DNA of 64,000 bases from assembly GCA_965249575.1 (NCBI GenBank), contig OZ252244.1:3296001-3360000 (forward strand), given 5' to 3'. Origin of the DNA: Gemmatimonadales bacterium. Its GTDB lineage: Bacteria > Gemmatimonadota > Gemmatimonadetes > Gemmatimonadales > GWC2-71-9. The notes under the pieces were generated by a model. It saw nothing but the letters and a program-made list of their open reading frames with translations, did no database searches and was not told where the DNA came from. Position numbers and translations under genes: made by a program. The stretch's first letter is position 1. Each line of letters begins with the position of its first letter. Shown here piece after piece: positions 61,405-64,000 of this stretch.

Positions 61405-62907
61405 ATGAAACGACGTGTGTTTTTGAGATCCACTGCGGCAGCCGCGATGGGCGCTTCGATGCCGGCGCCGTGGCTGTTCCCTCGGTACCGTCCGGTAGGA
61501 CAGGGCGCCGACGTCGATGCGATAACGGGTGACGGCCGGGAGATTGCGCTCAAGGGGAAGGACATTGCGGCGCTCGACGCCCGGCTTCGGGGACGGGTCT
61601 TGCTCCGGCGGCACGATGGATACGACGAAGCGCGACGTATCCTCAATCCGTCGTTCGATAAGTATCCAGCTCTCATTGCCCGGGTTACCGGCACGGCGGA
61701 CGTTCGCCAGGCGGTCGCGTTTGCGCGAGACCACAACTTGCTGGTCGCCGTGAAATGTGGTGGGCACAGTGCGTCGGGGAAATCGACGTGCGACCGTGGC
61801 ATGATGATCGACCTCTCTCAGTTTCGCAACGCCCGTGTCGATCCCAAGGCTCGCACGGCCTGGGTCACGGGCGGCAGCGTGCTGGGGCTGGTGGACCACG
61901 AGACTATGATCCACGATCTGGTCGTCCCCCTGGGGACCGTGTCGCACACCGGGACCGGGGGCTTGGTCACCGGGGGCGGATTTGGTCGCGTGGCGCGCCG
62001 GTTCGGCCTCTCGATCGATAGCCTCACGGCGGTGGACGTGGTCACGGCCGACGGGCAGTTCCGGCGAGCCAACGAGCATGACAACTCGGATCTTTTTTGG
62101 GGTGTGCGCGCGGCCGGTGGGAACTTTGGGATCGTCACCTCGTTCGAGTTCCGACTCCATCCGATGCCGCGCCGCGTGGTCGGCGGGCGCATGCTGTTTC
62201 CGATCGAGAAAGCTGGGGATGTCTTGCGGTTCTACGCAGACTTCGGTCCCCGCGCGCCCGACGAGCTATCCCTCGACTTCCTGATGATCCGGCCGCCTGG
62301 CGGTCGGCCCGGGATGGTCGGGTTCGGAGTCTGTTACTCGGGTCCGGAAGGCGAAGCCGAGCGTGCTCTCGCGCCCATTCGGCGGCTGGGCGCGCCGCTG
62401 GTCGACGGAGTACAGGCCGTCGACTACGTCGCCCTTCAGCGGTCCGGCGACAGCAACGATCCGAGGGCCCGTGCAGGCTATTTGAAGAGTGGGTTTATCC
62501 GGGAGCTAACCGAGGGGATGATCACGACCATTGTCGAGGGTCTCGAGGGACACGCTGCCCGTTCAACGGTGGTCGCCGTGCAGCAGAGCGGAGGAGCGAT
62601 CGGGCGCGTCGCGAGTGACGCCACTGCGTTCTCGCACCGTGACGCCAACGGAAACCTGCTGCTCGGGGTGGACTGGGCGTTTGGGAACGATCCCGCCGAG
62701 CACGTTGCCTGGATCAAACAGTTCTGGACGGGGCTCGAGCCGTTCACGCACGGCTTCTATTCGAACGACGCGGATCTCGATGCGCATGCGCCCGCGTCGG
62801 TGAGCGCGAACTACCGAGGGAATTACGGGCGGCTGGTGGAGATCAAGAACAAATACGACCCGAACAACCTGTTCCGGCTGAACGCGAACGTGCAGCCGAC
62901 GGTGTAG
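61405..62907 (+). CDS. Tat-exported FAD-binding oxidoreductase (BBE-like)
   Basis: KRRVFL Tat motif; KCGGHS, GGNFGIVT, KYDPNNLF. Confidence 0.92.
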   Translation: MKRRVFLRSTAAAAMGASMPAPWLFPRYRPVGQGADVDAITGDGREIALKGKDIAALDARLRGRVLLRRHDGYDEARRILNPSFDKYPALIARVTGTADVRQAVAFARDHNLLVAVKCGGHSASGKSTCDRGMMIDLSQFRNARVDPKARTAWVTGGSVLGLVDHETMIHDLVVPLGTVSHTGTGGLVTGGGFGRVARRFGLSIDSLTAVDVVTADGQFRRANEHDNSDLFWGVRAAGGNFGIVTSFEFRLHPMPRRVVGGRMLFPIEKAGDVLRFYADFGPRAPDELSLDFLMIRPPGGRPGMVGFGVCYSGPEGEAERALAPIRRLGAPLVDGVQAVDYVALQRSGDSNDPRARAGYLKSGFIRELTEGMITTIVEGLEGHAARSTVVAVQQSGGAIGRVASDATAFSHRDANGNLLLGVDWAFGNDPAEHVAWIKQFWTGLEPFTHGFYSNDADLDAHAPASVSANYRGNYGRLVEIKNKYDPNNLFRLNANVQPTV

Positions 62908-63088
62908 GAGACGCGCAACCTTGGTCACTCACGCGGCCGACTTGCGCGCAACGCGGCCGTCGTGTCGGATGGGCGAATTCCCATGTCCACGGGGCGGACG
63001 TGGCTCGCGCAGCCTGGGATCGCAGATACGCATTTGGAACCTACGTGGTGGGCCAGGTACCTGTGTAGGTGGACGATTTGCGAAGCTG

Positions 63089-63727
63089 TCAAACCTGGGC
63101 TGCCGAAGCCGAGCCGGAGATCGCGGTCACCGTCATCAATCCCCAGAGCCAGCCGATCTTGTAGCGATCGACCGTTTCTATTCGATACCCGTGTCTTTCG
63201 AGAAGTTCGCCGCACTCCTGACTACCGTAAATGCGGCGATGCGCTCGGTTCACGATCCGCAGGGCCCGATCGCACAGGCGACATGCCCAGAAATCGTCAC
63301 ACCAGTCTGTGATGACGACTCGTCCGTCCGGTCTCAATACCCGTCCGATCTCCCTCAATGCGTTCTCGGGCTCGTCCCAATAATGAAAGGAACTGGACGA
63401 GACAACCATGCCGAAGGACGCGGTCTCAAACGGCATCGAGTGTACGTCCCCCCGCAGTAGCTCGACGCTGCCGGACAGCCCCGAGCGAGCGACTGTCAAC
63501 ATCTCCTTCGACAGGTCGATCCCGGCGAGTTTCCCCTGCGGTGTCTTGGCGTGTAGCGCCCGAAGTAACGCTCCGGTTCCACAGCCGACATCGAGGAGGC
63601 GCTCGTCCGACGCTAGGCCTAGGTAGCGGATCGTTCGATCAATTGAGGCGCGAATGTACCGATCCCATCGCGTCTCGTACTGTCGAGCCAATCGGTCGTA
63701 CTCTCTGGTAACCGGATGACTTTGCAA
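63089..63727 (-). CDS. Class I SAM-dependent methyltransferase (UbiE-like)
   Basis: LLDVGCGTG, GIDLS, RVLRPDG. Confidence 0.88.
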   Translation of the reverse strand: MQSHPVTREYDRLARQYETRWDRYIRASIDRTIRYLGLASDERLLDVGCGTGALLRALHAKTPQGKLAGIDLSKEMLTVARSGLSGSVELLRGDVHSMPFETASFGMVVSSSSFHYWDEPENALREIGRVLRPDGRVVITDWCDDFWACRLCDRALRIVNRAHRRIYGSQECGELLERHGYRIETVDRYKIGWLWGLMTVTAISGSASAAQV

Positions 63728-64000
63728 CTATGGCCAGCCTGAATCAGCTCGACGGCGACTGAAGAGTTCTCGCCGGCGATTCTGGGACTCGACGCCGTGA
63801 TGCCGAATGAAGGGTCTTCAAAGGGTGGTTGGTGCCCTCACGCCTTCCGTCCGCCGGTCTCCCATTGATCGAGGCGATCCAGGGGACCGGGACAGTAGTG
63901 CTCCTTCGTCGAACGGCCCGTCAGAACCGTCCACAGGTGGGGGATCGCACGCATCTCGCAGCCCGGTGTTCCGAGTAGAGTCGAGAGTACGAACGAGATT

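Noticed and set aside
63940..63970. Weak match to the ACGCACCTCGC..CCCGGTG boundary element
   Set aside because: Short, degenerate, lacks GGTGAC iterons and lies at the window edge.

Overview
GC-rich bacterial DNA, probably Gemmatimonadota. That call is inferred from the family of Ser/Thr kinases starting '..RLSTALADRY.IERELG.GGMA' and from the DUF5916/DUF885 gene content. The first ~40 kb is a hypervariable island built on 11 co-oriented tRNA 3'-half (att-type) repeats: four derive from tRNA-Pro(GGG) (2197, 17646, 18570, 24785) and seven from a CAT-anticodon tRNA, probably Ile2 (~25010, 30045, 32527, 34864, 35910, 38874, 40055). I found no intact tRNA gene. Between the repeats lie: (i) a complete-looking 15.5-kb integrative element (tyrosine integrase, excisionase-like HTH, P4-type primase-helicase, iteron origin) carrying a serine hydrolase, a metal-uptake operon headed by an RGPP-ended leader ORF, and a kinase-TPR gene; (ii) integrase-less modules of ~1-6 kb (SF1 helicase-nuclease, Na/Pi cotransporter + PhoU, gluconolactonase, DUF5131 and others); (iii) many gene stubs and chimeras. 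A 1.75-kb serine-hydrolase unit bounded by GGTGAC-iteron direct repeats occurs twice. The last ~24 kb holds mostly intact metabolic and secreted-protein genes (puuE, P450-ferredoxin-panB, two beta-propeller paralogues, DUF885, DUF5916, a LepB-like protein, an FAD oxidase). Several single-base frameshifts in homopolymers suggest long-read errors. All family calls come from motif recognition by eye, not from database searches.
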